NCBI GenBank assembly: GCA_038258655.1
Contig: JBBSPS010000001.1
Coordinates: 7,089 to 71,088 of the forward strand
From: Bacteroidia bacterium
Lineage (GTDB): Bacteria > Bacteroidota > Bacteroidia > 2-12-FULL-35-15
Reading direction: 5' to 3'
DNA length: 64,000 nt
The notes under the pieces are model-generated. The model was given only the letters and a program-made list of their open reading frames with translations, was not told the DNA's origin and did not search any database. A program made the translations under genes and the position numbers. Shown piece by piece: positions 7,784 through 18,615 of the stretch (positions within the stretch are counted from its first letter, which is position 1; every line of letters starts with the position of its first letter).

Positions 7784-9508
7784 ATGATGAAATTCGATTT
7801 ACCTCAGGACCACTCTTCAATTATCAAAGTAATTGGAGTCGGCGGCGGCGGAAGCAACGCTGTCAACCATATGTATAAACAAGGCATTAAAGGTGTTGAT
7901 TTTATTGTTTGTAATACCGATCAGCAAGCATTGGATGTGAGCCCTGTTCCATTAAAAATAGTATTGGGTGTAAGTTTAACCAAAGGCCGTGGTGCCGGCT
8001 CGCTGCCGGAAGTTGGTAAAAACGCAGCCATCGAAAATATTGAAGAAGTAAAAGCATTGCTATCAAAAAATACCGAAATGGTATTTATCACAGCCGGTTT
8101 AGGGGGTGGTACAGGAACAGGGGCAGCACCTATCATTGCACAAGCTGCTAAAGAAATGGGGATTTTAACTGTTGGTATTGTAACCATTCCATTTGGATTT
8201 GAAGGTAAAAAACGTAAACTCCAAGCCGATGAAGGATTAAATGCCCTGAAACAAAATGTGGATACATTACTTGTGATCAGCAATGATAAATTACGTGAGA
8301 TCTATGGTAATTTAAAAGTAACCGAAGCATTCGGACATGCTGATGATATTTTAGCAACAGCTGCAAAAGGTATCGCTGATATTATTACTACTACATTACA
8401 GATAAATACGGATATCAATGATGTGAAAACAGTAATGAAAGATAGCGGTGTAGCTATTATGGGTTCAGCCCAGGCATCAGGAGAATTCAGAGCATTACGC
8501 GCTGTTGAACAAGCGATGTCCTCACCATTATTAAATGACAGCAATATTAAAGGCGCACGTTACGTATTAGTAAATGTTACCTGTGGTGAAGATGAGATTA
8601 CGATGGATGAGTTCGGTGAAATCACTGATTACATACAAGATGCTGCCGGTATGACTGCTGAGGTAATTAAAGGTTATGGTGTGGACCTGTCATTAGGTAA
8701 TAAAGTAAATGTTACCATTATCGCTACCGGATTTAATTCTAAAGCTGATGTAGGAATTCAAACAGAGAAAGCTCCTGCAAGAAAAGTATTCTCATTAATG
8801 GATGATGTAAAAACAGAAGCGCCTATAATGCCCGTCGCTAAAGTCAGTCCACCGGTAGTTGAGGCTGCTCCTAATGTGGCACAAATAACTATCGAATCTA
8901 CTCCTATTATAGCTGAAGTTGTTTTCGAGGTTACTGAAAATACTTCTGTAGAAGAACTTACATTATCGGTTGAAGAAACTTTCATTAAAGAGGAAGAATC
9001 TCCGTCAATAGTTGAAGAAATAGTTAGTGAAGTAAAAGAAAAAGAAGTTATAAAAACACCTGAACCATTTGTCTTTATAAGGGAAGAAGAACCAATTGTT
9101 GCAGAAGTTGAAGAGAAATCATTGCCTGTGGTTGAATTTGAAGTTACAATTGGTAATGATAATATAACAATAGAAGATCCATTTACAATTGCTGCTTCAA
9201 CTGAAGAAAACGTGATTGAAAATAAAGAAGAGCAAAATACCATTATAGCAAAAGTTCAAAGTGATGAACAATTGAAAAAAGCACAGGACCGTGTTGCTAA
9301 ACTAAAAGAATTAAGCTTTAAATTAAAATCGCCAAATGGCTTATCAGAACTGGAAAATGAGCCTGCTTATAAAAGAAGAAATGTAAATTTAGACTCAACA
9401 CCACATTCATCTGAATCACAAGTATCACGTTATACGTTGACAGAAAATGAAGAGAAAAAAGTGGAGATCAAACCAAACAACTCTTTTTTACACGATAACG
9501 TAGATTAA
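7784..9508 (+). CDS. ftsZ: Cell division GTPase FtsZ with a long acidic C-terminal linker
   Basis: Tubulin signature GGGTGTGAAP and a GTPase domain. An E/V/I-rich linker is followed by a conserved C-terminal peptide. This length is typical of Bacteroidota FtsZ. Confidence 0.95.
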   Translation: MMKFDLPQDHSSIIKVIGVGGGGSNAVNHMYKQGIKGVDFIVCNTDQQALDVSPVPLKIVLGVSLTKGRGAGSLPEVGKNAAIENIEEVKALLSKNTEMVFITAGLGGGTGTGAAPIIAQAAKEMGILTVGIVTIPFGFEGKKRKLQADEGLNALKQNVDTLLVISNDKLREIYGNLKVTEAFGHADDILATAAKGIADIITTTLQINTDINDVKTVMKDSGVAIMGSAQASGEFRALRAVEQAMSSPLLNDSNIKGARYVLVNVTCGEDEITMDEFGEITDYIQDAAGMTAEVIKGYGVDLSLGNKVNVTIIATGFNSKADVGIQTEKAPARKVFSLMDDVKTEAPIMPVAKVSPPVVEAAPNVAQITIESTPIIAEVVFEVTENTSVEELTLSVEETFIKEEESPSIVEEIVSEVKEKEVIKTPEPFVFIREEEPIVAEVEEKSLPVVEFEVTIGNDNITIEDPFTIAASTEENVIENKEEQNTIIAKVQSDEQLKKAQDRVAKLKELSFKLKSPNGLSELENEPAYKRRNVNLDSTPHSSESQVSRYTLTENEEKKVEIKPNNSFLHDNVD

Positions 9509-9533
9509 TTTCCGAAATAATCTTTGTAAAAAC

Positions 9534-9568
9534 AGGGTGTTGAGTTTTCAACACCCTATTTTTTTTAA
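9534..9568 (+). terminator. Rho-independent terminator closing the dcw cluster
   Basis: AGGGTGTTGA, loop gttt, TCAACACCCT, then ATTTTTTTT. Confidence 0.7.
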
Positions 9569-9713
9569 TAAAATATGTAACGCGTTTAAACTTTTAATAA
9601 CTGATAAAGGTTAAAAATACAGAGCATGTGGGAATGATCTTTAGATATTTCTTACCCCCCGAAAGAAAGCGTACGCGGAGGTCATTGAATTCATGAAAAA
9701 ATAATGGAAATTA

Positions 9714-10247
9714 TTACTCAGCTGATGGGTTTGAAAAATTAACTAATTCCTGTAATTGTTCATCAATATTTTTTTCCCATTTTACCTGCGGTTCAGGAAT
9801 TTTTGAGTGATTCGTTTCCTTATCATACGCTTTTTGATCGATCTCTAACTGTTTAAGGTTTTCTTTAAAAACTTTATCCAACTGTTTCGGATCTTTCAAT
9901 AAATCTAATTCTATTATTTGTTTTCTGATCTTACGGGCATATACCTCGGCAAGATTGAAATGATATTGTTCGTGTTTTAATAAAAAATCGCTTTCCTTTT
10001 TTTTAATACGCCATGATTTATTTTTTTCGAAATAACAAAATATACCGAATTTATCATTCTCTTTACCTGATTCTACTGAGTAAGCTGTCATAGCATCATA
10101 TCCCGCATTTTCTCTAGCAGGGCCTTTAAAATCTTTCCATTGCAATGAATAGTCTTTACTCCAAAGTATTTTATTTGAATCCTTTGAAGGGATGATATAA
10201 CCCGCAAATAATGTTGCAGCAAATAAAAGTCCTAAAAATCTCTTCAT
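9714..10247 (-). CDS. Secreted DUF922-like protein with an HEXXH motif (putative metallopeptidase-like)
   Basis: Signal peptide MKRFLGLLFAATLFAG and an HEQYH motif. The family assignment is from memory only. Confidence 0.5.
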   Translation of the reverse strand: MKRFLGLLFAATLFAGYIIPSKDSNKILWSKDYSLQWKDFKGPARENAGYDAMTAYSVESGKENDKFGIFCYFEKNKSWRIKKKESDFLLKHEQYHFNLAEVYARKIRKQIIELDLLKDPKQLDKVFKENLKQLEIDQKAYDKETNHSKIPEPQVKWEKNIDEQLQELVNFSNPSAE

Positions 10248-10472
10248 AATTTTGTAAATATAAATTCAGCCGTGTTGTAACTATTATTCTAATAAGCTAA
10301 GGCTTTGAGCAAATGTATTTTAAATGGTTCGGATATACAAATCTAAAATTTTACAGCATACCCTTGCGGAATTCAAAATTAAAAATAAACAGAACGAATA
10401 AAAAACATCGTTTAAAAATAATGATGTTTTTTTATAAATATTAATATTAAGAAACTGTTTGGTTTTTATACT

Positions 10473-12758
10473 TTATTTTCCAAAGAGCCTAAATCTTTTT
10501 TTCGTTTTTTCTTTTTCCGTTTTTTCCTCTTCTGCCGGTTTGTCTTTTTTATTGTTTGAAAACCAATTTGCAATTTTATTAAATATGTTGTCTTCCTTGA
10601 AAGAAACACATTCCGGAATAGGTATTAATTCATCTCCAAAATTAAATTTACCAGTCACCCATTTTTTGCAATTAACATCACTTTTACACTTCTGCATAAA
10701 GTATGCCCAAATTGGCAGTGCCATAGAAGCGCCTTGTCCATATAATGTTGAATTAAAATGTACCGCAGGGTTTTCGGCACCTACCCAAACGCCTGCAACT
10801 AATCCGGAAGTATATCCAATAAACCAACCATCCGCTTGCGATTGTGTTGTTCCCGTTTTCCCTGCCATTTCACCTGAAAGCGCATACGTGCTTCTGATGC
10901 GGCTGGCCGTTCCTTCATTGATAACGCCTTTCAACATCTCGGTCATATAATAAGCCGTTTGTTTTGAAATAACTCTTTTACTTTTATACGTGTTTTTCGC
11001 TTTATAAAGTATTTCCCCCTGCGCATTCTCTATGCGGGTTATATAGACAGATTCTACACTTTTTCCTCCGTTAGGAAAAGCGCAATAAGCTTTCACCATT
11101 TCCAGTAAACTAATATCTGCTACCCCAAGGGCGATTGAAGGTACCGCGGGAATTTCACTTTCAATACCCATGTTTCTTGCCGTGTGTATAACATTGCCAA
11201 TTCCTGCTCTTAACAATACTTCTACTGATACTACATTCACAGAATTTTCTAAAGCGCCTTTCATGGAATATTTCCCTCCGTATTTTCCATCAGCGTTGCC
11301 CGGCGACCAGCCACCAAACTGATCATACACACGCTGCTCATTTTTAATGTATTCACAAGGATTCATCCCTTGTTCAATAGCGGTGGCATATACAATGGGT
11401 TTAAATGTACTTCCCACTTGCCGTGTTGATGTTACATGATCATACTGAAAAAAACTATAGTCGTTCCCTCCTACCCACACTTTTATTTTTCCTGTAAAAG
11501 GGTCCATAGCAAGAAAACCGGTGTGCAATATTTTCAAGTAATACTTAATAGAATCTAAAGGTGAAAGTGTTGCTTTATGTCCTCCATTCCAATCAAAAAT
11601 TTCCATTTCCAGCGAATCTTTAAATATTTTTGCGATCTCATCATCTTTTACACCGGCTTCTACTAAGGCTTTGTAACGCTTTGAATTTTTTACCGCATTG
11701 CTAATCACACTTTTCTTTCTTTCCCATGGGCTTGAATTTTTCCAATAATTGTTAAATAAATTTTGAAGATACTTCATATGTTTTTGCATCGCAGCAACAG
11801 CATGTTCCTGCATTTGATAATCCAGCGTCGTATATATTTTTAATCCATCTGCATATAAATTATATTTTTCGCCATTTGATTTCTTTACCGTATCCAATAT
11901 AGATGTAGCAAGTTGTTCCGTATTGATCAGAAAATATGGCGCGACATCGCCATACATACCAGCGTTTTTATATTGAAGAGTCAAAGGAATTTTTTTTATA
12001 GAATCCGCCGCTTCTTTTTTGATATAACCATGCTCCGCAAGATTATTTATTACCACATTCCGTCTTACTAATGCTGTTGCAGGATGAAGCCGTGGATTAT
12101 AAAAAGTTGGTGATTTGAGCATTCCAATTAATACAGCGCCTTCTTCTATCGTTAATGAATCGGGTGGTTTGCTGAAGAAACGGATCGAAGCATTCCTTAT
12201 TCCATAAGTATCTTCGCCAACAGATACAGTATTCAAATACAATACTAAAATTTCGTCCTGGGTATAAACACTATTGAAACGTACCGCATGAATGGCTTCT
12301 TTTATTTTATTGACCGGCATGGTAAGAATACCATAACGCTGTCTTTTAAATAAATTTTTTGCAAGTTGCTGTCCGATGGTACTTCCTCCGCCTGATTTCT
12401 TTTCACGCATTAAAAGCGTTTTAAAAAATACACGCAAAAGCCCCTTAGTATCAACTCCATTGTGTTCATAAAAACGGGCATCTTCAGTCGCGATAAGCGC
12501 TTCGATAAGGAAATGCGGGATATGTTTATAATCCGTGATACTGCGATTTTCCCAATAATATTTTCCAAGCACTTCTCCTCCTTCAGCATAAACTTCTGTA
12601 GCAAGATAGTTTTGTATATTTTTCAGTTCTTCTTTTGTATGCAATTTACCGAATGCCCCAAAATACACCAGCAAAAAAAGCATAATAGGAAGTAAAAACA
12701 GCGCTCCTAAAATTCGTAAGACCCACTTTCTAATTTTTTTATTTCTTTCGGATATCAT
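10473..12758 (-). CDS. Class A penicillin-binding protein (PBP1a family, glycosyltransferase plus transpeptidase)
   Basis: GT51 motifs EDARFYEHNGVD and GGSTIGQQLAKN. Transpeptidase motifs STFKP, SVN and KTGTT. The track ORF begins at 12845, but Met30 (MISERNKK, base 12758) is the more plausible start. Confidence 0.9.
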   Translation of the reverse strand: MISERNKKIRKWVLRILGALFLLPIMLFLLVYFGAFGKLHTKEELKNIQNYLATEVYAEGGEVLGKYYWENRSITDYKHIPHFLIEALIATEDARFYEHNGVDTKGLLRVFFKTLLMREKKSGGGSTIGQQLAKNLFKRQRYGILTMPVNKIKEAIHAVRFNSVYTQDEILVLYLNTVSVGEDTYGIRNASIRFFSKPPDSLTIEEGAVLIGMLKSPTFYNPRLHPATALVRRNVVINNLAEHGYIKKEAADSIKKIPLTLQYKNAGMYGDVAPYFLINTEQLATSILDTVKKSNGEKYNLYADGLKIYTTLDYQMQEHAVAAMQKHMKYLQNLFNNYWKNSSPWERKKSVISNAVKNSKRYKALVEAGVKDDEIAKIFKDSLEMEIFDWNGGHKATLSPLDSIKYYLKILHTGFLAMDPFTGKIKVWVGGNDYSFFQYDHVTSTRQVGSTFKPIVYATAIEQGMNPCEYIKNEQRVYDQFGGWSPGNADGKYGGKYSMKGALENSVNVVSVEVLLRAGIGNVIHTARNMGIESEIPAVPSIALGVADISLLEMVKAYCAFPNGGKSVESVYITRIENAQGEILYKAKNTYKSKRVISKQTAYYMTEMLKGVINEGTASRIRSTYALSGEMAGKTGTTQSQADGWFIGYTSGLVAGVWVGAENPAVHFNSTLYGQGASMALPIWAYFMQKCKSDVNCKKWVTGKFNFGDELIPIPECVSFKEDNIFNKIANWFSNNKKDKPAEEEKTEKEKTKKRFRLFGK

Positions 12759-13035
12759 TTTAGAAATTTGACATTTTTTGCTTCCTATAATAAATAGGAT
12801 AAAAGGTAATTTATTTTTAAATATAGGTAAATAGTTTGACGCCAAAAATCCTTCATATTAATAAAAGACTATTCTTGTTTCATTACCTTCTGTAAACCCC
12901 AGGGCAACAATGCGTTTGTACTCGTAGGCGCAAACATTATTATTACGTATCACACGGAAGATATTTGGAGAAGGATTGGTTATTAAACAGGTTTTCAACC
13001 TGTTTAATGTTAGCCTGACAAGTTAAAAATTTGTC

Positions 13036-13326
13036 CTACTTATCAATCACCTTAGGCACTTTGAAATAATCGGAATCATGTTGAGGAGCATTTTTTAATG
13101 CTTCTTGTTGAGTAATATCATGTTTTACTTCATCTTCGCGTAATACATTCACCTCATCATTCATATATATCAATGGTTCTATATTGGTGGTATCTAATTC
13201 ATTTAATTTCTCAACAAATGCAAGCATATTATTCATATCCTTAATGATCTGCTCTTTGGCTTCGTTCTCAAATTCCAAACGTGCCAGGTGTGCTATTTTA
13301 TCTACTGTTTCGTTATCTATTTTCAT
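13036..13326 (-). CDS. gatC: Asp-tRNA(Asn)/Glu-tRNA(Gln) amidotransferase subunit C
   Basis: 96 aa; VDKIAHLARLEFENEA...IEPL is the GatC signature. Confidence 0.85.
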   Translation of the reverse strand: MKIDNETVDKIAHLARLEFENEAKEQIIKDMNNMLAFVEKLNELDTTNIEPLIYMNDEVNVLREDEVKHDITQQEALKNAPQHDSDYFKVPKVIDK

Positions 13327-13368
13327 ACTGTATTTTTTGACACAAATTTCACGAATTCTTCTGTTCTT

Positions 13369-14145
13369 TTATATTGCTGAAATTAATTTCGTATAAATTT
13401 TATTATTATACTCATTCAACTCATTCTGAATAATATCATACACTTTCGTCCGCAAAGATACTAAATCATTTTCCGTCATTCCAAGAGTAGAAATAGGTTC
13501 ATGGACTACGACCCTGCAAATACCGGGTCTTCCATACGCTTTAAAAAACCCGCCCATTTGCAATAGTTTCCAATTATTTAAAAATGTAATGGGTACAATA
13601 GGAACTTGTTTTTCAATCGCTAAACGAAAAGCACCATTTTTAAATCCACGCAATCTACCTTCACTTGAAGTGGTACCTTCAGGAAAAAGAAAAGCACTGT
13701 GTCCTTTTTCAATGTCGATGCCGGCACGTAAAAAAGCCCTGTGTGAAGCAACATTACTTTTACGGTCCACCAGAATATTCATTTCTTTAAAAAATATCCG
13801 AAATAATGGAGCTTTATCCAATTCCTGTTTGCCCATAAAAACGTAGTAGTTCGGAATTGCAAGGTAGCTTGAAATTATATCCAGGTAAGAAACATGATTG
13901 GAACAAAAGACAGCAGGTTGGGGCAAATCGTTTTTAGAAATTTTATAAGTTACTTTAACAAATAGTCCGGGAATAGTTAATATCCAACGTGCCCAAAATT
14001 TAAATAATAAAAAGGCTTTAGGGAACCATTTTTCTTTCAAAAGAAAAATATAAAACAGAGGAAATAATACAATAAGGCTCAAGACAAAGTTGAGCAGGAA
14101 TAACGTTTTCCAAAGTGCACGCGGTATAATTAACAGGTACTTCAT
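13369..14145 (-). CDS. 1-acyl-sn-glycerol-3-phosphate acyltransferase-like (LPLAT family)
   Basis: HX4D motif NHVSYLD, FPEGTTS motif, and N-terminal TM segments. Confidence 0.8.
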   Translation of the reverse strand: MKYLLIIPRALWKTLFLLNFVLSLIVLFPLFYIFLLKEKWFPKAFLLFKFWARWILTIPGLFVKVTYKISKNDLPQPAVFCSNHVSYLDIISSYLAIPNYYVFMGKQELDKAPLFRIFFKEMNILVDRKSNVASHRAFLRAGIDIEKGHSAFLFPEGTTSSEGRLRGFKNGAFRLAIEKQVPIVPITFLNNWKLLQMGGFFKAYGRPGICRVVVHEPISTLGMTENDLVSLRTKVYDIIQNELNEYNNKIYTKLISAI

Positions 14146-14287
14146 TAGAGCATAAAAGTACTAATTTTAGGGTTCCTATTAATTTTAAATAAACAGTATC
14201 TTTGACGAGAGTTCGAAGTTAATAGTTGGTGTTCGGAGAATTAAACTCTCAACTACTGTGAGCTACGAACTAAAAAACACGAATTAA

Positions 14288-15262
14288 ATGTCTAGAATAC
14301 TAACAGGAGTTCAAAGCACTAATATTCCACATTTAGGAAATATCCTTGGTGCAATCATGCCTGCAATTGAACTCTCAAAACAAGCCGGTAACGAATCGCT
14401 TTTTTTTATTGCGGATCTGCATGCGTTAACCACGATTAAAGATGCAACTTTTATAAAAGAAAGCACTGCCGCAGTTGCTGCTGCCTGGCTAGCTTTTGGT
14501 TTTGATACGGATAAAAATATTTTTTATCGTCAAAGCGATGTTACTGAAGTATGTGAATTGACTTGGTACTTAAATTGTTTTACTCCATTTCCCATGTTGG
14601 CAAATGCGCATTCATTCAAGGATAAATCAGAACGTTTAGCGGATGTGAACGCAGGTTTATTTACATATCCTGTATTAATGGCTGCTGATATAATTTTGTA
14701 TGACGCAAATTCTGTTCCAGTGGGCAAAGACCAGCTCCAGCATCTTGAAATGACGCGCGATATTGCGGAAAAATTCAATCACAAATATGGTGATGTATTT
14801 GTTGTACCCGAAGCAAAAATTGATGAAACAGTGATGCTCGTCCCGGGTATTGATGGAAAAAAAATGAGTAAGTCATTAAATAATTTTATCAATATTTTTC
14901 TTCCTGAAAAAGAATTGAAAAAAATTATAATGAGTATTGTTACGGATGCTACTCCTATGGAAGCGCCAAAAAATCCTGACACCTGCAATGTATTTGCATT
15001 GTATAAATTAATTGCAAACGAACAACAGGTTGCTGAGATGAGAATTAATTATTTAAAAGGTGGTTATGGTTATGGACATGCAAAAACTGCTTTGTATGAA
15101 TTGATGTTGGAAAAATTTAAAACGCAACGTGAATATTATGATCACTTCATGAATAACCGTTCAGAGCTGGATGCAAAACTTAAAATTGGCGCTAGTAAAG
15201 CGCGTGTAATTGCGCAAGCAACATTAAAACGTGTGAGGGAGAAGTTGGGGTTTAAATTTTAA
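14288..15262 (+). CDS. trpS: Tryptophan--tRNA ligase
   Basis: HLGN (HIGH-class) and KMSKS motifs, with TrpRS length and pattern. Confidence 0.92.
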   Translation: MSRILTGVQSTNIPHLGNILGAIMPAIELSKQAGNESLFFIADLHALTTIKDATFIKESTAAVAAAWLAFGFDTDKNIFYRQSDVTEVCELTWYLNCFTPFPMLANAHSFKDKSERLADVNAGLFTYPVLMAADIILYDANSVPVGKDQLQHLEMTRDIAEKFNHKYGDVFVVPEAKIDETVMLVPGIDGKKMSKSLNNFINIFLPEKELKKIIMSIVTDATPMEAPKNPDTCNVFALYKLIANEQQVAEMRINYLKGGYGYGHAKTALYELMLEKFKTQREYYDHFMNNRSELDAKLKIGASKARVIAQATLKRVREKLGFKF

Positions 15263-15298
15263 TTTAGGACGTAACGTAATTACAAACCAGATATGAGT

Positions 15299-15340
15299 GA
15301 AGCAATCTCATTAATACTCAATAGTAAGATTGCTTTAATT
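15299..15340 (+). terminator. Candidate terminator hairpin after trpS
   Basis: AAGCAATCT, an 18 nt loop, AGATTGCTT, then TAATTGTG. The T-run is weak. Confidence 0.35.
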
Positions 15341-15406
15341 GTGAAAAGCTCCTTGGTAATTTTGTTCTAATCCACAAATCAGAATGACAGAAAGTATCGA
15401 ACTTTT

Positions 15407-17116
15407 TTATTTCTTAATCACTTTAAATTCCAACCTTCTGTTTTTTGCATGTTCTTCTTCGGTGCATTTCACACCATTGGAACATTTGTTAAGTAAGCGG
15501 GTTTCACCATAACCTTTTCCTGTAATGCGTGTAGCGCTGATACCATGAGACACCATATAATCCACAGCTGCTTTAGCTCTCCTCTCCGATAACTTCAAAT
15601 TATAATCATCCGCACCCTGGGAATCTGTATGTGAACTGATCTCTATAGAAACATCAGGAACACCATTCATAATTGCTATTACCTTATCTAAGGTTTGCTT
15701 TGCATCAGGCAGAAGCTTTTCATCATTCACATTAAAATAAACATTTTCACTAATAACAAGGCCATCAACCAAAGTAACTCTTGGATCCATTATTTTTAAC
15801 CATGGATCATCCACATACATTTTACCCATCTTGTTTACTTCATTCGGAAGAAGTTCAAACTTAAAATGTTTGTCTTTATCTGATTGCACTTCTTTCACAG
15901 TATTTCCTTTTTCATCCGCCAATATCAATTTTTTAAGCAAAGAAATCTGCGGATCGGTTTCATCGAGGGAAATAATATAATTCTTATCAACCCCAATATA
16001 TTTGAACACAAACAAACCATCTTTATCTGTTTTAGAAGATTGAATGATTTCAGCTGTTTTATTCATCAGGTTCACTTTTACATTTATCAAAGGTTTTTTT
16101 GCCGGGTCATCACCTGATAACAATTTTCCTTTGATATCTATTTTCAATTCCGAATCATCCAGCGTTATTAATGATATTATATTAACATTATTCGGGAAAA
16201 TTTTAAATACAAACTTCCCTTTGATATCAGCATTCATAACCCCTACTTCTTTGTCATTTTTACCGGTAAAAATAACTATAGCATTTGGCGGAACCTGGTT
16301 GTTACTTTCATCTACTTTGATACTATAATTATTTCCGGGCAAAAAAACATTGAACACAAACGAACCCATAAAATTAGTTGTAGTGTTTTGAACAACTTCT
16401 TGTTTATCATTTACCAACATTACATTAACATTGACAATAGGTTTTGAAGGGTTTTCTCCTACAAGCAACTTTCCTGCAATCTTTATCATTTTCTTCCTTA
16501 GTTCATCTTCCTCTTTTCTTTTCTTCTCGTTCTGCTCGGCTTCCTGTTTTTCCTTTACTTGTTTTTCAGCCAACAACTTTTGATCCGCTAATGATTTTTG
16601 TTCATCAGCTTGCATTTCCGGAATGATATCATTATTAAAGTCTTTTATGTACTTATCATCAATAGCAAGGTCTTTACCATTAAATGCAATTTTCATGAAA
16701 GGATAATTGAATTTTTTACTGTTAATTTCTTTATCATGTGTATCATACATAATAAAATTAGATTGTACTCCTAACTTATTCACTAATTTTTTCGCTGGAA
16801 CATTTGCATCAATAAGCAAAAACATTTCTATGCAACCGGATGATTTAAAAACTGCTTTATAAATAGTTCCATATTCAAGATCTGTGAATTCAAACTCTCC
16901 ATCTTTACCTGTTTTTACAAATTTTATTTTTATTTCATTCTTATATAATTCCACGGTAGCATTGGCTAACGACACATCTCGTTTTTTAATTTTATCCGCC
17001 TTTTGTACTTGTCCGCGAAAAACAAAACTTCCTTTTTCCTGAGCAGAGGAGGAAAAGGGAAATAGTATTAAAAACAAAAATATCTGGCTGACGTTTGAAA
17101 AGAAATTTTTCATCAT
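15407..17116 (-). CDS. OmpA-family outer-membrane-associated protein with N-terminal CarboxypepD_reg-like repeats
   Basis: C-terminal OmpA domain (TDSQGADDYNLKLSERRAKAAVDYM...GYGE) and a signal peptide. Confidence 0.8.
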   Translation of the reverse strand: MMKNFFSNVSQIFLFLILFPFSSSAQEKGSFVFRGQVQKADKIKKRDVSLANATVELYKNEIKIKFVKTGKDGEFEFTDLEYGTIYKAVFKSSGCIEMFLLIDANVPAKKLVNKLGVQSNFIMYDTHDKEINSKKFNYPFMKIAFNGKDLAIDDKYIKDFNNDIIPEMQADEQKSLADQKLLAEKQVKEKQEAEQNEKKRKEEDELRKKMIKIAGKLLVGENPSKPIVNVNVMLVNDKQEVVQNTTTNFMGSFVFNVFLPGNNYSIKVDESNNQVPPNAIVIFTGKNDKEVGVMNADIKGKFVFKIFPNNVNIISLITLDDSELKIDIKGKLLSGDDPAKKPLINVKVNLMNKTAEIIQSSKTDKDGLFVFKYIGVDKNYIISLDETDPQISLLKKLILADEKGNTVKEVQSDKDKHFKFELLPNEVNKMGKMYVDDPWLKIMDPRVTLVDGLVISENVYFNVNDEKLLPDAKQTLDKVIAIMNGVPDVSIEISSHTDSQGADDYNLKLSERRAKAAVDYMVSHGISATRITGKGYGETRLLNKCSNGVKCTEEEHAKNRRLEFKVIKK

Positions 17117-17164
17117 TCTATATTCTATTTTAAAAGTTACACACGTTTTTAAAATTAAAATGAT

Positions 17165-18592
17165 CTAACCAAAAAGCAAACTAAACACCTCTTCAATTTT
17201 CCCAACCATTGTAATTTTAATGTGATAGTTTTTTAAGTCGAGTCCTTTTTTATTGTATTTAGAAATAAATATATGTTCGAAGCCTAATTTTTCAGCTTCT
17301 GAGATACGTTGATCTATACGGTTTACTGGACGTATTTCTCCGCTCAAACCAACTTCCCCGGCAAAGCAAATCTTTGCTGAAATAGGGATATCTTCATTAC
17401 TGGAAAGCACTGCACATACCAATGCCAGGTCAATTCCGGGATCTTCTACTTTTATTCCTCCTGCAATATTTAAAAATACATCTTTAATTCCTAAACGAAA
17501 ACCGCAGCGTTTTTCAAGCACTGCCAGTAACATGGATAATCTTCTCAAATCAAAACCTGTGGAAGAACGTTGCGGAGTTCCGTATGCAGCGCTGCTAACC
17601 AAAGCCTGTGTTTCGATTAACATAGGGCGCATACCTTCCATTGTAGCAGCGATAGCAACACCACTTACCAATTCCTCACGGGCAGTAATTAATATTTCGG
17701 ATGGGTTATTTACTTCACGCAAACCACTTCCCTGCATTTCGTAAATCCCTAATTCATTGGTGGAACCAAAACGATTTTTTGTGGTGCGCAACAATCGGTA
17801 CACATGATTTCTATCACCTTCAAATTGCAATACCGTGTCCACCATGTGCTCTAAAACCTTCGGTCCTGCAAGGCTTCCATCTTTGGTGATATGTCCAATC
17901 AAAAACACTGCTGTTCCACTTTCTTTCGCGTAACGCATCAATTCAGAAGTACATTCACGGATCTGGGAAACACTTCCGGGGGAAGATTCAATATGCGCGG
18001 AGTGTAATGTTTGAATGGAATCAACAATCAGTAAATTCGGTTCAAGGAGCTCTATTTGTTTGAAAATATTTTGTGTGGATGTTTCCGTCAGAATATAACA
18101 ATTGCCATATTTTTGAATTTCCATCTCTCCTCCTTTGGGGGAGCTGGAAGGTGCAACTATACGTTCGGCGCGCATTCGGATCTGTTGTTCGCTTTCTTCA
18201 CCTGATACATAGAGCACTTTCAGGTTTTTCATATTGAGTGCAACTTGCAACATCAATGTTGATTTCCCGATCCCCGGCTCACCGCCAAACAAAATTAAAG
18301 AGCCTGGAACCAGGCCACCACCAAGCACCCTGGAAAGTTCTGTATCATAAACAGAAATGCGGTGCTGTTCGGATAAACTAATCTCACTTATTAATTGAGG
18401 TTTTGAAGCGCGCTGGGTACTGGTACTTGCAATGCCAGGAATTTTTGTATCATCTCCTTTTGATACTACTTCTTCTACGTAAGTATTCCATTCATTGCAG
18501 GAAGGACAACGTCCAATCCATTTACCGGATTGCGTCCCACAGTTCTGACAAAAATAGGATGTTTTGGTTTTAGCCATGTTTTCAATGGGCAA
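17165..18592 (-). CDS. radA: DNA repair protein RadA/Sms
   Basis: C4 zinc finger CQNCG...CPSC, Walker A GGEPGIGKST, and a Lon-like C-terminal domain. The start is likely MAKTK at 18577. Confidence 0.92.
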   Translation of the reverse strand: MPIENMAKTKTSYFCQNCGTQSGKWIGRCPSCNEWNTYVEEVVSKGDDTKIPGIASTSTQRASKPQLISEISLSEQHRISVYDTELSRVLGGGLVPGSLILFGGEPGIGKSTLMLQVALNMKNLKVLYVSGEESEQQIRMRAERIVAPSSSPKGGEMEIQKYGNCYILTETSTQNIFKQIELLEPNLLIVDSIQTLHSAHIESSPGSVSQIRECTSELMRYAKESGTAVFLIGHITKDGSLAGPKVLEHMVDTVLQFEGDRNHVYRLLRTTKNRFGSTNELGIYEMQGSGLREVNNPSEILITAREELVSGVAIAATMEGMRPMLIETQALVSSAAYGTPQRSSTGFDLRRLSMLLAVLEKRCGFRLGIKDVFLNIAGGIKVEDPGIDLALVCAVLSSNEDIPISAKICFAGEVGLSGEIRPVNRIDQRISEAEKLGFEHIFISKYNKKGLDLKNYHIKITMVGKIEEVFSLLFG

Positions 18593-18615
18593 TTATTCAA
18601 TTGCAAATTAAGAAT

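Noticed and set aside
7784-9508. Unusually long FtsZ (574 aa) with an acidic repetitive linker
   Set aside because: Long E/V-rich C-terminal linkers followed by a conserved terminal peptide are normal for Bacteroidota FtsZ; not a fusion or an anomaly.
14146-14287. Possible T-box leader upstream of trpS
   Set aside because: Only weak local stems (AGTTCG/CGAACT, TAGTTG/CAACTA). No specifier loop or T-box consensus. T-boxes are not expected in this lineage.
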